This document shows, one piece after another, positions 12,491 through 25,418 of a stretch of 64,000 bases of DNA (position 1 is the stretch's first letter; every line of letters starts with the position of its first letter). The stretch spans positions 38,752,001 to 38,816,000 of the forward strand of contig NC_086108.1 in the NCBI RefSeq assembly GCF_963921235.1. Reading direction: 5' to 3'. A program made the position numbers and the translations under genes. The DNA is from Mobula hypostoma (Eukaryota). The notes beneath the pieces are model-generated. The model did no database searches. It had not been told where the DNA came from and was given only the letters and a program-made list of their open reading frames with translations.

Positions 12491-12816
12491 CAGAGGAATG
12501 ATCCTTGGTGATGCTGTTCTGAAACTAATCTACCAGTTTTAACAGCCAAAATTACTGAGAAACAAAATCTAATTCTGTACCTTCTTTGAAGTAGTAACTT
12601 ATGAATGACTCTCAAATTATGTATAAAGATCCAGAATTCAGAACAGGATAATCTCAAAATACAAGTAGATTATAACTCATGTAAAAGTGGTACGGCTCAG
12701 GAATCAAGTACTCTAATTTTTTTTGGGCTTCAGGAATCCATGAGTATTGGCATGAAGGAAAGGAAATAGAGGGTCTGAGGAAAATGCACTTCTTATTCTA
12801 TACGTTATATTCTTAC

Positions 12817-12912
12817 CTGTATGAACTACCATGACGGAAGCTCTGTCCACAAATGCTGCAAAGATGAGGCTTTTCTCCACTATGGATTCGAAGATGTTCC
12901 TTTAATGTAGTT
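12817..12912 (-). CDS. ZBTB41: ZBTB41 coding exon 6 (C2H2 zinc fingers: [32 protein letters not shown])
   Basis: AG/GT boundaries, 96 nt, phase 2-2, in frame with the preceding exon. The following exon was not found in the window. Confidence 0.92.
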
Positions 12913-13132
12913 CTGTTTTTAAAAATGAAACAAACATCACTTTTATCAAATAAGATTTATTATAAAGGAATTGATTTTAAACTCACTCCCACTTTGTATC
13001 GTGCCATATTTGTAAAATAATTTGTGCTCTAGACTAATAAATAATGGTTTAGTTACGAAATAATTTTTAAAAGTTCAGTCTTCAATAGCAGATCCTTAAA
13101 CTTTCAAATAATCTGTGGGATCTTGTTTTTAC

Positions 13133-13262
13133 CTTTCCCTTACAGACTTGCCACAAATTAGACAAGTCCACTTTCTTTTTCCTCCATGAGTGCATTCAAT
13201 ATGTCGCTTGAGATTTCCTGTATCATTAAACTGACGACCACAAATATCACATGGAAAAGGGC
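13133..13262 (-). CDS. ZBTB41: ZBTB41 coding exon 5 (PFPCDICGRQFNDTGNLKRHIECTHGGKRKWTCLICGKSVRER)
   Basis: tttag/gtaaaa boundaries, 130 nt, phase 1-2, C2H2 finger sequence. Confidence 0.93.
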
Positions 13263-13691
13263 CTAAAAAGGTGATAAAATTTAAATTATAGCCTGTATCT
13301 AAAGTTCAGTACACCAGAGTCGAAGTTATTATCCATTAACAAAATGAAAAATGGAAATCAGTCCCAGACAAACCCCTAGACTAGATCACCTCATCTCAAA
13401 CACTGCATTTTTACATTGTAACACAAATATTTCTTGCAAATAGTTAACATTTACTATAGTGTTTGAGCAGTAACAATTAAAAGCTACATTTACTTTACTA
13501 ACTAATTAACTTCCAATGTTTTAAATACTCACTGAGATCACTGTGGCATCCAAGGGCTGTCTGAGAATGAACAAATAGTTCATGTGGAACTATGGTAACT
13601 ACTGCATTATTAACATGAACTTGTGCCCACAATTTGTTTGTACTACGGACTTCAAATTTCTTCATGCTACTGGAAGTTAATTTTTGCACAA

Positions 13692-14195
13692 TGGAAAGAT
13701 ATTAGTAAGATTGAAAGAGTTCAGAGAAAATTTACAAGGATGCTGCCAAGACTTGAAAACCTGAGTTACAGGGAAAGGGTGAGTAGGTGAGAACTTCACT
13801 CTCTGCAGCGTCAGAAAATGAGGGGAAATTTAATAGAGGTATATAAAATTATGCAGAGTACAAAAAAGGCAAATGCAAACAGAATTCTTTCACTGAAGTC
13901 AGGTGAAACGAACGAGAGGTCATAAGTTAAGGGTAAAAGTTGAAATATTTAACGGGAACCTGAAGAGGAACTTCTTCACTCAGAGGGTGGTGCAAGTGTA
14001 GAACCAGCTGCCAGTGGAAATGGCGGATGCAGGTTTGATTGCAACATTTAAGAGAAGTTTGGATAAGTACATCATTGGGAGGGGTATGGAGGCCTATGGT
14101 CCAAGTGCGTGTCAATGGGACTAGGCAGAATAACAGCTCGGCATGGACTAGGTGGGCCAAAGAGCCTGTTTCTATACTTTAGTGGTCCTTGACTC
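13692..14195 (+). mobile_element. CR1 LINE 3' fragment
   Basis: ERVQRKFTRMLP...RGNLIEVYKIM motifs, CR1-type 3' UTR and a short GACTC-type tail. Confidence 0.85.
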
Positions 14196-15270
14196 CGTGA
14201 CTCTAAATGTCTTTTCTCAAAGCTGTTATTTATTTCCTCCCCAGTCATATTGCTCATTCATAGAACACTTCTAACCAAATAGGTTGGAAATCCATCTCAA
14301 ACCTAATTAAAATCACAGCAGAACAAGTGCCTGTTCTTAATTAAATGCACTAATATTCCTATTACTGTTAATAAACGAGAAGCAAGCAAAACAAATTTTA
14401 GCAACCGCACTACTTTACTGCCTTCTCCACTATAATGAAAGGAAATCAGTAATTTAAAAAAGTTAACATATATATTATTACTTTTCATGTAAAATAACCT
14501 GAAAATATTAGTCTTAAGTGCTTAAGGTTTTCGTGTGTTCCTAATAGAAAGGCAGCCACTTCTAGTTACACAGCCAAGTGCAACTGCATTTATTTTCAAG
14601 GAGGTCAAAATCAGAAACTAAATCACTTCTTCAGCCATACCTTACAATGACTTAAAAACAGGTTGACTATCTTTCTGATAAAAAGTTCTTGTAATAATAT
14701 ACCCCATTCTCAATACTGCATAAGATTGTGCTGGAACTACCTGAATCCTAAGTGTTGACAATTCTACTCAACTGACAGTAATACCTAATGTAACAGGCTA
14801 AAAAAGTGATTTCTATCTGCTTGGCTGTACTCTATGGTCCATTATACAAAACCCATACAACTTTCATTTCTTTTGGAAGGATGAAGTTTTCTCATACTTT
14901 TGTCTGCATTTTGTGGCTAATATATCTATTTCATAAGATATATTGTGCATACTAGTATGTTAGCTTAGCATACATGGGCAACCATTGTCTACAAATCCAA
15001 GAACATGGTGGGGGGGGGGGAAGATTAGATTATATCAATCAAGATAAAGTTAACTACTTAATTTTACAATAAAGATTATACATGCTGAAATCAGACCAAG
15101 AACATTTTATAACCAACCGAAACTGTAATAGCTGCCAAATGAGAATTCCATCTAGAATCAAAAAAACCTAGGTACTAACTGGTATGTATTGGTATAATTA
15201 GTAACACAATCAATCAAGATTAGTTCTGAATGAAAATTTTTAAAAATCCAAAACATATGGCCATACATAC

Positions 15271-15418
15271 CCAGATGAAATTTTTCCTGATGTTTAAGCC
15301 TTGCAAATCTTGATTTGAAATGTTCTTCACAATAACTACATTTAAATGGTTTATCCTGTGTGTGAAGAATCATGTGCTCCTCAAGATGAGGTCTCCGTGT
15401 AAATGTTTTGTTACATAC
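15271..15418 (-). CDS. ZBTB41: ZBTB41 coding exon 4 (VCNKTFTRRPHLEEHMILHTQDKPFKCSYCEEHFKSRFARLKHQEKFHL)
   Basis: catag/gtatgt boundaries, 148 nt, phase 0-1. Overlaps ORF 15158-15373. Confidence 0.93.
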
Positions 15419-15586
15419 CTATGGCCAAAAAAAAAAATTGAGAATTGTCAAGAGTTCTAGAATTTCAAATACTGAAATATAAAAGGGGCATGAACAATTT
15501 AAATCAGCTACCATTTACATATTTAACTTTGCTAAGTAGTTTATGGAAGAGAGTCTAGATTGTAAAATGAAGGGGAAAAAACTTAC

Positions 15587-15656
15587 ATCACATCTCCATG
15601 CTTCACTCCTCTTCTTTCTAGCAGTAAAAAACTCCTGTATATTATCTGGATGGAAA
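15587..15656 (-). CDS. ZBTB41: ZBTB41 coding exon 3 (FHPDNIQEFFTARKKRSEAWRCD)
   Basis: tttacag/gtaagt boundaries, 70 nt, phase 2-0. It completes the preceding finger and starts the next. Confidence 0.9.
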
Positions 15657-16946
15657 CTGTAAATATCCTCAAATCAATAGGTGTAATGTTGCAAATCACA
15701 AATAAAGATGAAAGAGGACTTGAAAAGGCAAACATTTTCTCTTCTTCACCGTGAAAGCATTTCAGCAAGTTTCAAATCCTCAGCACAGTAAGATGTTGCG
15801 AATCTATGCATTGATAACCTATGAATTTTAATTTACACTCAAAGCTGCATTATATGTAGGAAAAACATTCTTCAGGCCCTCTCTTCACCAGTTAAAATAT
15901 AGATTATACTTTGTTTATCATCACTTCATTTCTCAGTGTAGTAATGCAATTTAAGGCCACCATACACACAACCTCTATTATTCAATACTGGCATAAAATG
16001 AAAGCTTTCACCTTATTGTACATGTTTTTCTTACTAGATTTCCTTGTCAAAATTAGCAAAGAGCATTTGGACTGTATTTGTTTTAAAAAGTATTTGTATT
16101 AATTTCAAGACCCTTAACAAAACATGAGTGAAGGAAGAACTATATAATTTTGCCGAAAGCTGAAGCAACTCAATGGTCCCCGCTTTGCTGGTCTATGCCT
16201 CTAGTTATAAACAGTTAGTGTTTAACACCATGAGTCCAGGTATTCTGTAAAATTCAGATGTCATAGAATTCCTGGAAGAAGTCTATTGCAGAACCTTTCA
16301 CTCTGCACCACCGTTAGATTCCACATGAAATCAAATTACAAAAGCCAATCTTTTTGAGATTCTCCAACATTTACTCTTCTGAACTTGCCTCGTGGCTACG
16401 GTGACAGTTTGGTGTTGTTCATTTGAAGTAATGTCTCCAGCTTGGTTTTAAACTTTGACTATTGAACCCTTTTTTAACTTTACAGTTTTTACTGAACATT
16501 TTCATTTTTTAATGATTTTTATCTTTCAATCCGCACTTCAGAAATTAATAAGTGACATTCATCATTTTTGCAGCAATCAAATTGATGGCTGGGTTTTGCC
16601 AGTTGGCTGAGACTTTTCAAATACACTTGTTGAACTCAGGTGTATCAAGTCATAATATCATCTCTCTCCATCAATTTGGGTAGAGTATGGGTTTAGATAG
16701 ACTGTGGGCAGTAATTCCAGTAGGACACTACGTCAGCAAGAACAGATGTTATTTATCACCACCTACAATTTCAAGTTTTTATTTTATTCCATCTGGTTAA
16801 TGTTGCCAGATAGCAATTTTATATTAATAGGACAGGTATGTTCAAAACAGAGAATACTAATTCATATTTTTTTCAAATACAATTTCTGTACTCAGTATGC
16901 TGAAAACAAGTATTAAAATAGGACATAAGTAATAGATGACACCTAC

Positions 16947-17154
16947 CGCTTCACATGCTTTGCTAATGTTTTTTTGCTTGCATGTAGCTTGTTGCAGAAT
17001 GGGCATTTTTGCTCCTTTCTTTGAAAAGCAGCTTGTGAATTATGCTTCTTCCTGTGGGCAGTTAAGTTGGATTTGGTGGAGTAGCGCTGATTACAAATAT
17101 CACATTCGAAAGGCTTTTCACCTGTATGTACACGTGTGTGGCACTCGTATTTTC
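16947..17154 (-). CDS. ZBTB41: ZBTB41 coding exon 2 (KYECHTRVHTGEKPFECDICNQRYSTKSNLTAHRKKH...CPFCNKLHASKKTLAKHVKR)
   Basis: ttacag/gtaggt boundaries, 208 nt, phase 1-2, C2H2 fingers with a TGEKP linker. Confidence 0.93.
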
Positions 17155-17664
17155 CTGTAAAAATCCAACGATACAAAGTTAAGATACATAAAAGTTTTTG
17201 GTGAACTTCTATATTGTGTCAGCTGTGCACAAGGAATGCAAAATTATACAGAACTTAAAATATGCCACATAGCCACTAATCTTCAATCACCAATGTGCTT
17301 CAAAGGAAGATTCAAGTATTTCTTCATTTATAGAAAGGACATGTGCAAGAATTAGATAGCAAGCCTTAAGCAATATTTAAAGAGGCTTGCCTAGTTTCAT
17401 AGCTAGAGAATGGATCGCGATGCAGAAACACATTTGCATTTTAGTATTGATTATGCAATTAAATATGACATAAAATGGAATTAAGCTTTGATGAATGTGT
17501 CAGATATTAGATTCTGTCACACTGCAGTACAAATATTTGCATATAATTAAAGCTGTTAGGTTAAAGTAATTTTAAATACCGATCTTGTTTGTAGAATTCA
17601 TATTCTACTAACTGGGAGCTAAAGACAGCTACTGTCCAAACAAACTAGTGTTGATCTTACCAAC

Positions 17665-18778
17665 CTATTCGGTCAAAACATTTATCACATTTTGGGCACT
17701 GGAGTGTCTTCTTGCTTCCAGTCTGTAAAATGACAGGAGGTAATTCCTTGGGAATATTTTGCTCAATCTCTTCTGCATCCAGAGAATCATTCTCATCATC
17801 CCCTTGAATTTCTTCCTCTCTTACCATCTCTTCAAGCTTTGCTTCAACTTCTTCCATTTCATCTTCACTTTCTAGACTTTCATGGGCATTATTGTTATTT
17901 TCAGTGTCACTACTATTTTTACTAGAGCATTCATCTTCAGAGACATCTGTGGTATCAATATTTTTACTACCAAATTTTGCTGGACATTTGCGTGTTCGCA
18001 TTGAACATCTTCTAGTAAGTTCAATTTTTGTTGCCTCAGAACTTTCTTCTTGTCCCAGGGAGCTGGCATTGTGAGCTTTAGTTATGTGGTTTTCTAAAGA
18101 TTTTTTGTAACAGAAACTTTTATTGCAGAAGGTGCATACATTGCTATGCTGGAATTTGGCAGTGGGTTCAAGGGAATCTGTTTCTTCCAAACACTGGTTA
18201 CTTTCAGTTAACAATTCTGTTTGGGTTGACCTGGACACATTTTCATTACTGGTCAACAATTTAACTGCATCAATAATGTCTAGAAACTGAGCAGCTTCCA
18301 AAATTGAAGGGATTTCACTTTCCTGAATGAAGAATTCAGAGGTGTATAAAAATTCTAATAAATGATGGAAAACATAATAACTAACATGGTCCAATTGGAT
18401 ACTATCCATATTTGGATTTTTACTTAAACAAGCATGGAAGTAACTGCTACCTACAGCAACAACCACTTTGTGGGCACAAAACTGCTTTCCTTCTACCATG
18501 ATAACTAAATCACAAAAAGGTGACTGCTTGAGTCGATCATCATTCATATATTTCAATAGATTCTTATTATGTAGCAGCGATCGCAGATGTACAATTGGTG
18601 TTGATTGTCCTAAAGGAACATCAAGATTGTCTGCAATATTTGAAATGCTTTGAATTGATCTTGGACCATAGTATAGATTTTCAAATTTTGCTGTTTGTAA
18701 ATCCAAGAAAACATCTTTGCATGGTGCTCCAGATAAACTTGATCCAGTTTTATAAGAATTGTCGATATTCTGAGACAT
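17665..18778 (-). CDS. ZBTB41: ZBTB41 coding exon 1: BTB/POZ domain, isolated C2H2 finger, acidic region and start of the finger array
   Basis: ORF 17657-18778 contains NKNLLKYMNDDR...FCDLVIMVEGKQFCAHKVVVAVGSSYFHACLSKNP...LLEFLYTSEFF, which I recognise as the ZBTB41 BTB. The ATG is in ACACCATG context with an upstream in-frame stop. The donor after 17665 (1114 nt, phase 1) joins exon 2 in frame. The exon acceptor is probably at 18958. Confidence 0.93.
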
Positions 18779-21089
18779 GGTGTTGATTAAGATTGCTGTG
18801 GATGAATATCCACTCTTCTCAGTCTGCAGTTACACAGTGGGCCATCATTGTGGATCAGAGGTATACAGTCTCAACATAAAATTTCCTTGCAATTTTCTTT
18901 GGTATCAGATAACCTCATACCCCACATCTTCTCGGGATGGTTGCAACATTCATCAAGCCTGCAAGATTATTCAAATATATGTTATACAAAACGTTACAAC
19001 ATGACTTACGCTTTACTTATGAATATTGACCAATTATTTGAAACATATGCCTAGTTGGCATTTAATGTCAAATTTCCAGTGTACTGCACAAAATAATTAT
19101 GCCAGTTGATAATCTGTTACCTAGAAATTGAATCAATTTTTGCACCCAAGTTTCAAAAGTGTGCTGGCAAGCTGACTGGCTACTGTAAATTATCCCTTAA
19201 AGTAGGCAAGTAGGAAAGAACAATACAAGGGAGTTAATAGCTACGTGTGACAGGATAAGTTGCAGGGCAAGAGAAAGAAAGGAAAGGAGACTGACAGAAG
19301 TCCACTGCTGAGATAGTGTGGACTGGGACCAAATGGCCCAAAAAAAATTGCCCAGTGACCAATATGCATCTAATGGTTTTATCCAATGCACAACACCCAT
19401 TTCCACACTTGTGAACAGAGGCTGGCTGCAAATCATGCACCTTATGATCTAAAGAATGTTAACACAAAGAAAAACAAGGAACAGATTCTGCCAAATCAGC
19501 AAGCAGGTAATTTAAGGGTCCACATGAGCCTTTGATACTTTATCCAATGACTCTGAAAGACTCAGTTTTTACTGCCCTAAATTTGTTCTATTGTCACATG
19601 TATTACTAGCATCATCTCTTTATGAATTATTTCAGTACGATGATGCAAATATTAGTCCTTTGATACGGCTGCACAGGTCTTCCCCAGCCAATGAATGCTC
19701 GATTTATGTAGACCCCCTACATACAAACAGGCTTTTGAGAGACAGGTAGATGAATATGCCAGCTGTTGCAGACAGCTTTGCTGTGTGGGAACTTGGTTCA
19801 GGTTAGGAACTCTTCCCAGGAAAAGAATTTGGGAACTCCTGGCACAGGGATTGTCAGACCATACTACTGCATAGAGTTTCTTTCATTTAACTGCATAGCC
19901 ACCCAAATATCGCCCATAATTAAACAAATTGAATATTTATTGCATTCAGTAATTGATACAATGAAACATGTTATTGCCAGATTTTAAATGATTTAAAAGC
20001 ATCAGGAAGAATTTGTGTGATGTCCAATTTCCTTTAGTCAGGTCATTAACTCTGGGAGCCCTTGCATTTGAATTACTTCAGAACAGATTAGTAGACTACA
20101 AGACAAAACAAGAATGTCAAGTACCTCAAATTAGAAAAAAAATTTTTGGATCTATAAGAAGTGTTAACCCAGTAACGTGCCCTTTAATATAGTTTAAATT
20201 TCTATCACATTTAGAGTCAGAAATAAGGAGTGTAAATGGGGAGAATTTTTGAGAATGTTAAAATCGAACAGTCCAAGCTTAGGCATAACCAAATAGAAAC
20301 TAACATCCAATGAAGCGTCCTTATCTCAATATCAACAAAGCAGTAGTTCCTGGCAAGGAAAGTGATATATTCAATGAGGTGATCCTTGTTGCCTGAAATT
20401 ATAACACTCCTATAAATGTACTGTGACATCTTTTGCTACAGCAGATCAGCAAAGCACTCTTTCCCACCCATTCACCTTTGTCATTTTCTTCCATTGTTTA
20501 AACATGGCCCCTCAATCATGCCCAGTTTTAAGATTTCTTCATTTCTAGTCTCTGAAATTGCTCTCTTAAATTTTTTGGTCTACATTTTTATTAAGCTACT
20601 CCTCCAAAGCTTACCTTCCTAGCCAAGATTTTGGTCACTATATAAAATTCATGTATGCAAAGTTACAATGAAACACTTAATGCTAAATGCTTGAGATACT
20701 GCTACAGGTAAGCGTTTCATCCCACTTGTCCAGATGTGAATTTGCACTTGTGACAACAAAACTGACTTTGACATGGTCTGGCTTGTCAATAGCGGGATGT
20801 TTTGCTGGGTTAAAGGCACAATATAAATGGAAGGTAACGATGCTCCCAACCAGTTGGAATCGGATGAGTTTCCAATTTAATTTCTGCCATCGGAGATTAA
20901 GGGCTTGGACTGGATTCAAAACAAGGCCAGAGAAGTTTAAAAAAAAGGTATGGTAACTCAGTGAGGCAGCGCATCCGAGTTTTATTAAGAACCCCCACCC
21001 CCCCCAACTCTTAACAGAAAATAGGTAGGATTACTTCTGACAAAATGATATTTTTGCTGAGCCTCCTTATGTCAAATAATTGATCTTGT

Positions 21090-21700
21090 ACTGGGCGAAC
21101 GGGGGCCCCAACTGTGGACTCCAGCACTGGAACTGGTGCAAGTAGCACTGGCCACATCAGCCCGGTGAACCCGGCGAAGTTAAGGAGGTCCCCGGCTGGC
21201 GCAGGCCGGGCGGAGGGGAAAGCTTCACTTTCCAACACCACTGATCGGATCGCATTACACTTGACTGCGGCCAAGCCCATGCCACATCCCAGCCTCGGGC
21301 AGCCGGCCCAGACCGGGGCCCATCTCCCGATCTCGATCCCGATTCACGCCGCCTCTCCCTCCGGCGCGGCCGCCTGCTCGCCGTACGCGTCGCAGCGAGA
21401 ATCGGACGCGGACCCCGAACCCGACGCTGGCACTTCCCTTCCACTCGCAAACCTTTGTTTCCGTTTTCCCGGACCTTACCATAAGCGGAGCCGGGCGCCT
21501 GCGCAGTGGACGGCCGGCGTCCAAGCGGGTTCCGGAGGATTGTGGGGTCGCGATGTCAGGAAGTGATGACGAACGCGGAAGTAGCGAAGTAGTTTTGGGT
21601 GATAGAAAAGTTGGGTGGAGGAAGGCGAGTGGCAGGTTTCAGGGAAACGGAAAAGTAATTGAGGATTGTAGTGGCTTATCATCTAGTGATAACGGAAGTA
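21090..21700. promoter_or_regulatory. ZBTB41: CpG island / ZBTB41 promoter with probable non-coding first exon (donor after 21480 on minus strand)
   Basis: Sharp GC/CpG enrichment against AT-rich flanks. NRF1-like GCGCCTGCGCA at 21495-21505, several ETS-type GGAAGT motifs between about 21559 and 21700, and a minus-strand ATG|GTAAGG donor at 21480/21479. Confidence 0.8.
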
Positions 21701-22579
21701 GACATAGTTTAAATTAAAGAAGGAATTGAAGAGTTAACCTTAAGGTATTGCTGTTGTGAACGTGGACGTATTTCTGATATTAGATTAATTAAGGATTTGA
21801 AAAAAAGCGTTAGGAAATGTAGTGGACGCAAAACCTTCAAAAGATAAGGCACTTCTGGCGTTTTGTAAAGATAGTAAGCAATGTGAGAAAGCTTTAGGGT
21901 GAAAAGCTGTGAGAAGAAGGGAAGTAACACTAATGAATTATATTGAGCGACAGTGGCTTTGGGGAGCAATGTCTGGAGTGCTTCTAGACCAGGTTAAAAA
22001 TAATTTAGTTGGAAGGGTTGTAAATACTGAACGTTTCAAAGTCGAGTGCGAACAGATAACTTATTACTGTTGATTAAATTTGATGGGGGAAAGAAGTTGC
22101 ATAATAGGGTTAACTTAGGCTATGTGAGTTATATGGTTTGAGTCTATGTGCTGCCACTTCTGAGATATTTTCAGTGTCAGTAGTTTGATCATGTAGCAGC
22201 TGTGTGTAGGAGTGAAAAACAGTGTTGCAGATCTGGTGGAAAACATGATTATGGTAATTGTGCAGCAGACATTATGCCAAAATGTAGCAATTGTAGACGG
22301 GAACATAGCTCCCCTTATGCAGGGCGTCTGTATATAAGAAAGCTGTAAAAGTGCAGCATGTTTGGGTAAAAATGGGTATATCATATGCAGAGGCTCTTCA
22401 GAAAATAGAGAAGGCAGTGTCAATCAGGCCTATTAATATTCAGAATACAAATAGATTAAAGCCAGCGTGTAAAAGCATGATTGTAGTACAGGATTTGTCG
22501 AATGTTGATAACTAAAGTTTGTCACTTTCATGGCAGATGTGGTAAATTGTACAATATTAAAGAGTAGGACAGGAAAAAA

Positions 22580-24207
22580 AAATCAGAATCAGGTTTATTA
22601 TCACCGGCATGTGACATGAAATTTGTTAACTTAGCAGCAGTTCAATGCAATACATAACCTGGCAGAGAAAAAAATAATAATAAATAAAATAAAACAAAAA
22701 TAATAAATAAGTAAATCAATTGCAGTATACGTATATCGGATAGATTTTTAAAAATGCAAAAACAAAATTGCCATTTATTTAAAAAAAAGTGAGGTAGTGT
22801 CCAAAGATTCAATGTCCATTTAGGAATCAGGTGGCAGAGGGGAAGAAGCTGTTCCTGAATCACTGAGTGTGTGCCTTCAGGCTTCTGTACCTCCTACCTG
22901 ATGGTAACAGTGAGAAAAGGGGATGCCCTGGGTGCTGGAGGTCCTTAATAATGGACACTGCTTTTCTGAGACAGCGCTCCCTGAAGATGTCCTGGGTACT
23001 TTGTAGGCTAGTACCTAAGATGGTGCTGACTAGATTTACAACCTTCTGCAGCTTCTTTTGATACTGTGCAGTAGCCCCTCCATACCAGACAGTGATGTAG
23101 TCTGTCAGAATGTTCTCCATGGTACAACTATAGAAGTTTTTGAGGGTATTTGTTGACATACTAAATCTTTTCAAACTCCTAATAAAGTATAGCTGCTGTC
23201 TTGCCTTCTTTATATCTACATCAATATGTTGGGACCAGGTTAGATCCTCAGGGATCTTGACACCCAGGAACTTGAAAATGCTCACTTTCTTCACTTCTGA
23301 TCCCTCTATGAGGATTGTTATGTGTTTCTTTGTCTTACCCTTCCTGAAGTCCAAAATCAGCTCTTTCGTCTTACTGACATTGAGTGCCAGGTTGTTGCTG
23401 TGGCATCACTCCACTAGTTGGCATATCTCACTCCTGTACGCCCTCTCGTCACCACCTGAGATTCTACCAACAATGGTTGTATCATCAGCAAATTTATAGA
23501 TGGTATTTGAACTATGCCTAGCCACACAGTCATGTGTATATAGAGAGTAGAGCAGTGGGCTAAGCACACACCCCTGAAGTGCACCAGTGCTGATCATCAG
23601 TGAGGAGGATATGTTATCATCAATCCGCACAGACTTGGTCTTCCGGTTAGGAAGTCGAGGATCCAATTGCAAAGGGAGGTACAGAGGCCCAGGTTCTGCA
23701 ACTTCTCAAACAGGATTGTGGGAATGATGGTATTAAATGCTGAGCTATAGTCGATGAACAGCATCCTGACAGAGGTGTTTGTGTTGTCCAGGTGATCTAA
23801 AGCCATGTGGAGAGCCATTGAGTTTGCGACTGCCGTTGACCTATTGTGGCGATAAGCAAATTGCAGTGGGTCCAGGTCCTTGCTGAGGCAGGAGTTCAGT
23901 CTAGTCATGACCAACCTCTCAAAGCATTTCATCACTGTCGATGTGAGTGCTACCGGGTGATAGTCATTAAGGCAGCCCACATTTTTCTTCTTGGGCACTG
24001 ATATAATAGTTGCCGTTTTGAAGCAAGTGGGAACTTCTGCCCATAGCAGTGAGATGTTGAAAATGTCCTTGAGTACTCCCACTAGTTGGTTGGCACAGGT
24101 TTTCAGAGCCTTCCCAGGTACTCCATCAGTACCTTCCACCTTGTGAAGGTTCACTCTCTTTAAAGACAGCCTAACATAGGCCTCTGAGACAGAGATCACA
24201 GGGTCAA
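22580..24207 (-). mobile_element. Rex/Babar-like LINE: RT domain and 3' end
   Basis: ORFs 23597-24199 (DYHPVALTS...DPLQFAYR...[12 protein letters not shown]), 23406-23672 (QGCVLSPLLYSLYT...KFADD) and 22860-23354, with a (GATTCT)n-type tail at about 22580. Confidence 0.93.
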
Positions 24208-25418
24208 TATGTTAATAGTTGCAATAAACCATCTAAAGTTAAGAATCAACCCTAGAAGCTATTAATGGTGCTTTACAAAAAAAAGGATAAATCACGTTGA
24301 GACTTCAAAAAAATGTTGTTAATGTTATGTTTCTTTTTTCTCTTTTGTTCACAATGGAATGTTAGAAGTTTGTTAGTTGATAGTCAGAGAAGGGTTGTCA
24401 ATATAATTTTCTTTCTTTTAATCCTATAATGGAATGTTTGAAGTTTGTTAGCTGATGGTCAGGGAATTTTCATGCTTATAATACTATGTGTGTCTAAAGT
24501 GACACCAATTTGAAAGGAATGGTGGAGGAAGACTTTCTGGAAGAGAAGTATTTGATGTGCTTGAATGATACTCAGTAGGTGGCAGTAATGCACCTTACAT
24601 TGAAGAAGCCATGGTTCAGGAACAGTTACTACCGGTCAACCTTCAGGCTCTTGAACCAAAAGGGATAAATTCACTCATCTCCCTTCATCACTGAAATGTT
24701 CCCACAACCTATGGATTCAGTATCTCATGTTCTCCAACCACGTCTTAAGTGTATTAGAGTTTCACTGTAGTTAAACGAAAATAAAGGGAAATACTGTAAA
24801 ATGTTTCACTCATTAAAAATAATGCAAATTAAGTAATATGCAGACAATTAAAGTTCATTGCAACGCATCTGCAGATGTGTGCTTTGATGGAGAATGCAGA
24901 TATAATACAAACAAAGAACGAGGTTCCTGGGGCACTGGAGACTTGTGTATCTTTGAGAGGCTAATACAATGGCGGAGTATGAATTTCCTAGAACTTACTG
25001 TTCTGCTTCCTGTGTACCCACTTCACACTTGTGGAATCTGTGGCCAAATTGTCTGATAAAACAGCCAGCTCCGAATTCAAAATCAAGAAAACAATTACAT
25101 TTATATTTGCGCAGTTTGATGACACAAGTTGAATCCAAGGAGAGTTTTCAAACACTATTTGACAGAACCCTGTGAAGAGGATGACTCGGCTTAGGCAAAG
25201 TCTGGGCCAAAGGTGTATACTTAAGGGATTCTCTTAAAGGAAAAGAGAAAGTCAGAGAGGTTAGTTGGGAAGTTGAGATTTAGCCTTGTTAATTGAAAGT
25301 GTGCTGGAAGAGTTTAATTCAGAGGTGATTAAAGACTAGAAGTGGAAAGACATAAATATCTCAGGAGGTTGAAGGAGTGGTTGGGGGGGGTGTTCTGAAG
25401 AGGAAGGAGCAAGGATAA

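Noticed and set aside
1..12800. Further ZBTB41 zinc-finger exons
   Set aside because: No C2H2-coding exon recognised. The region is almost fully explained by retroelements, so later exons probably lie outside the window.
21011..21682. Several overlapping ORFs (up to 150 aa)
   Set aside because: By-product of GC-rich, stop-poor CpG-island sequence. No recognisable domains.
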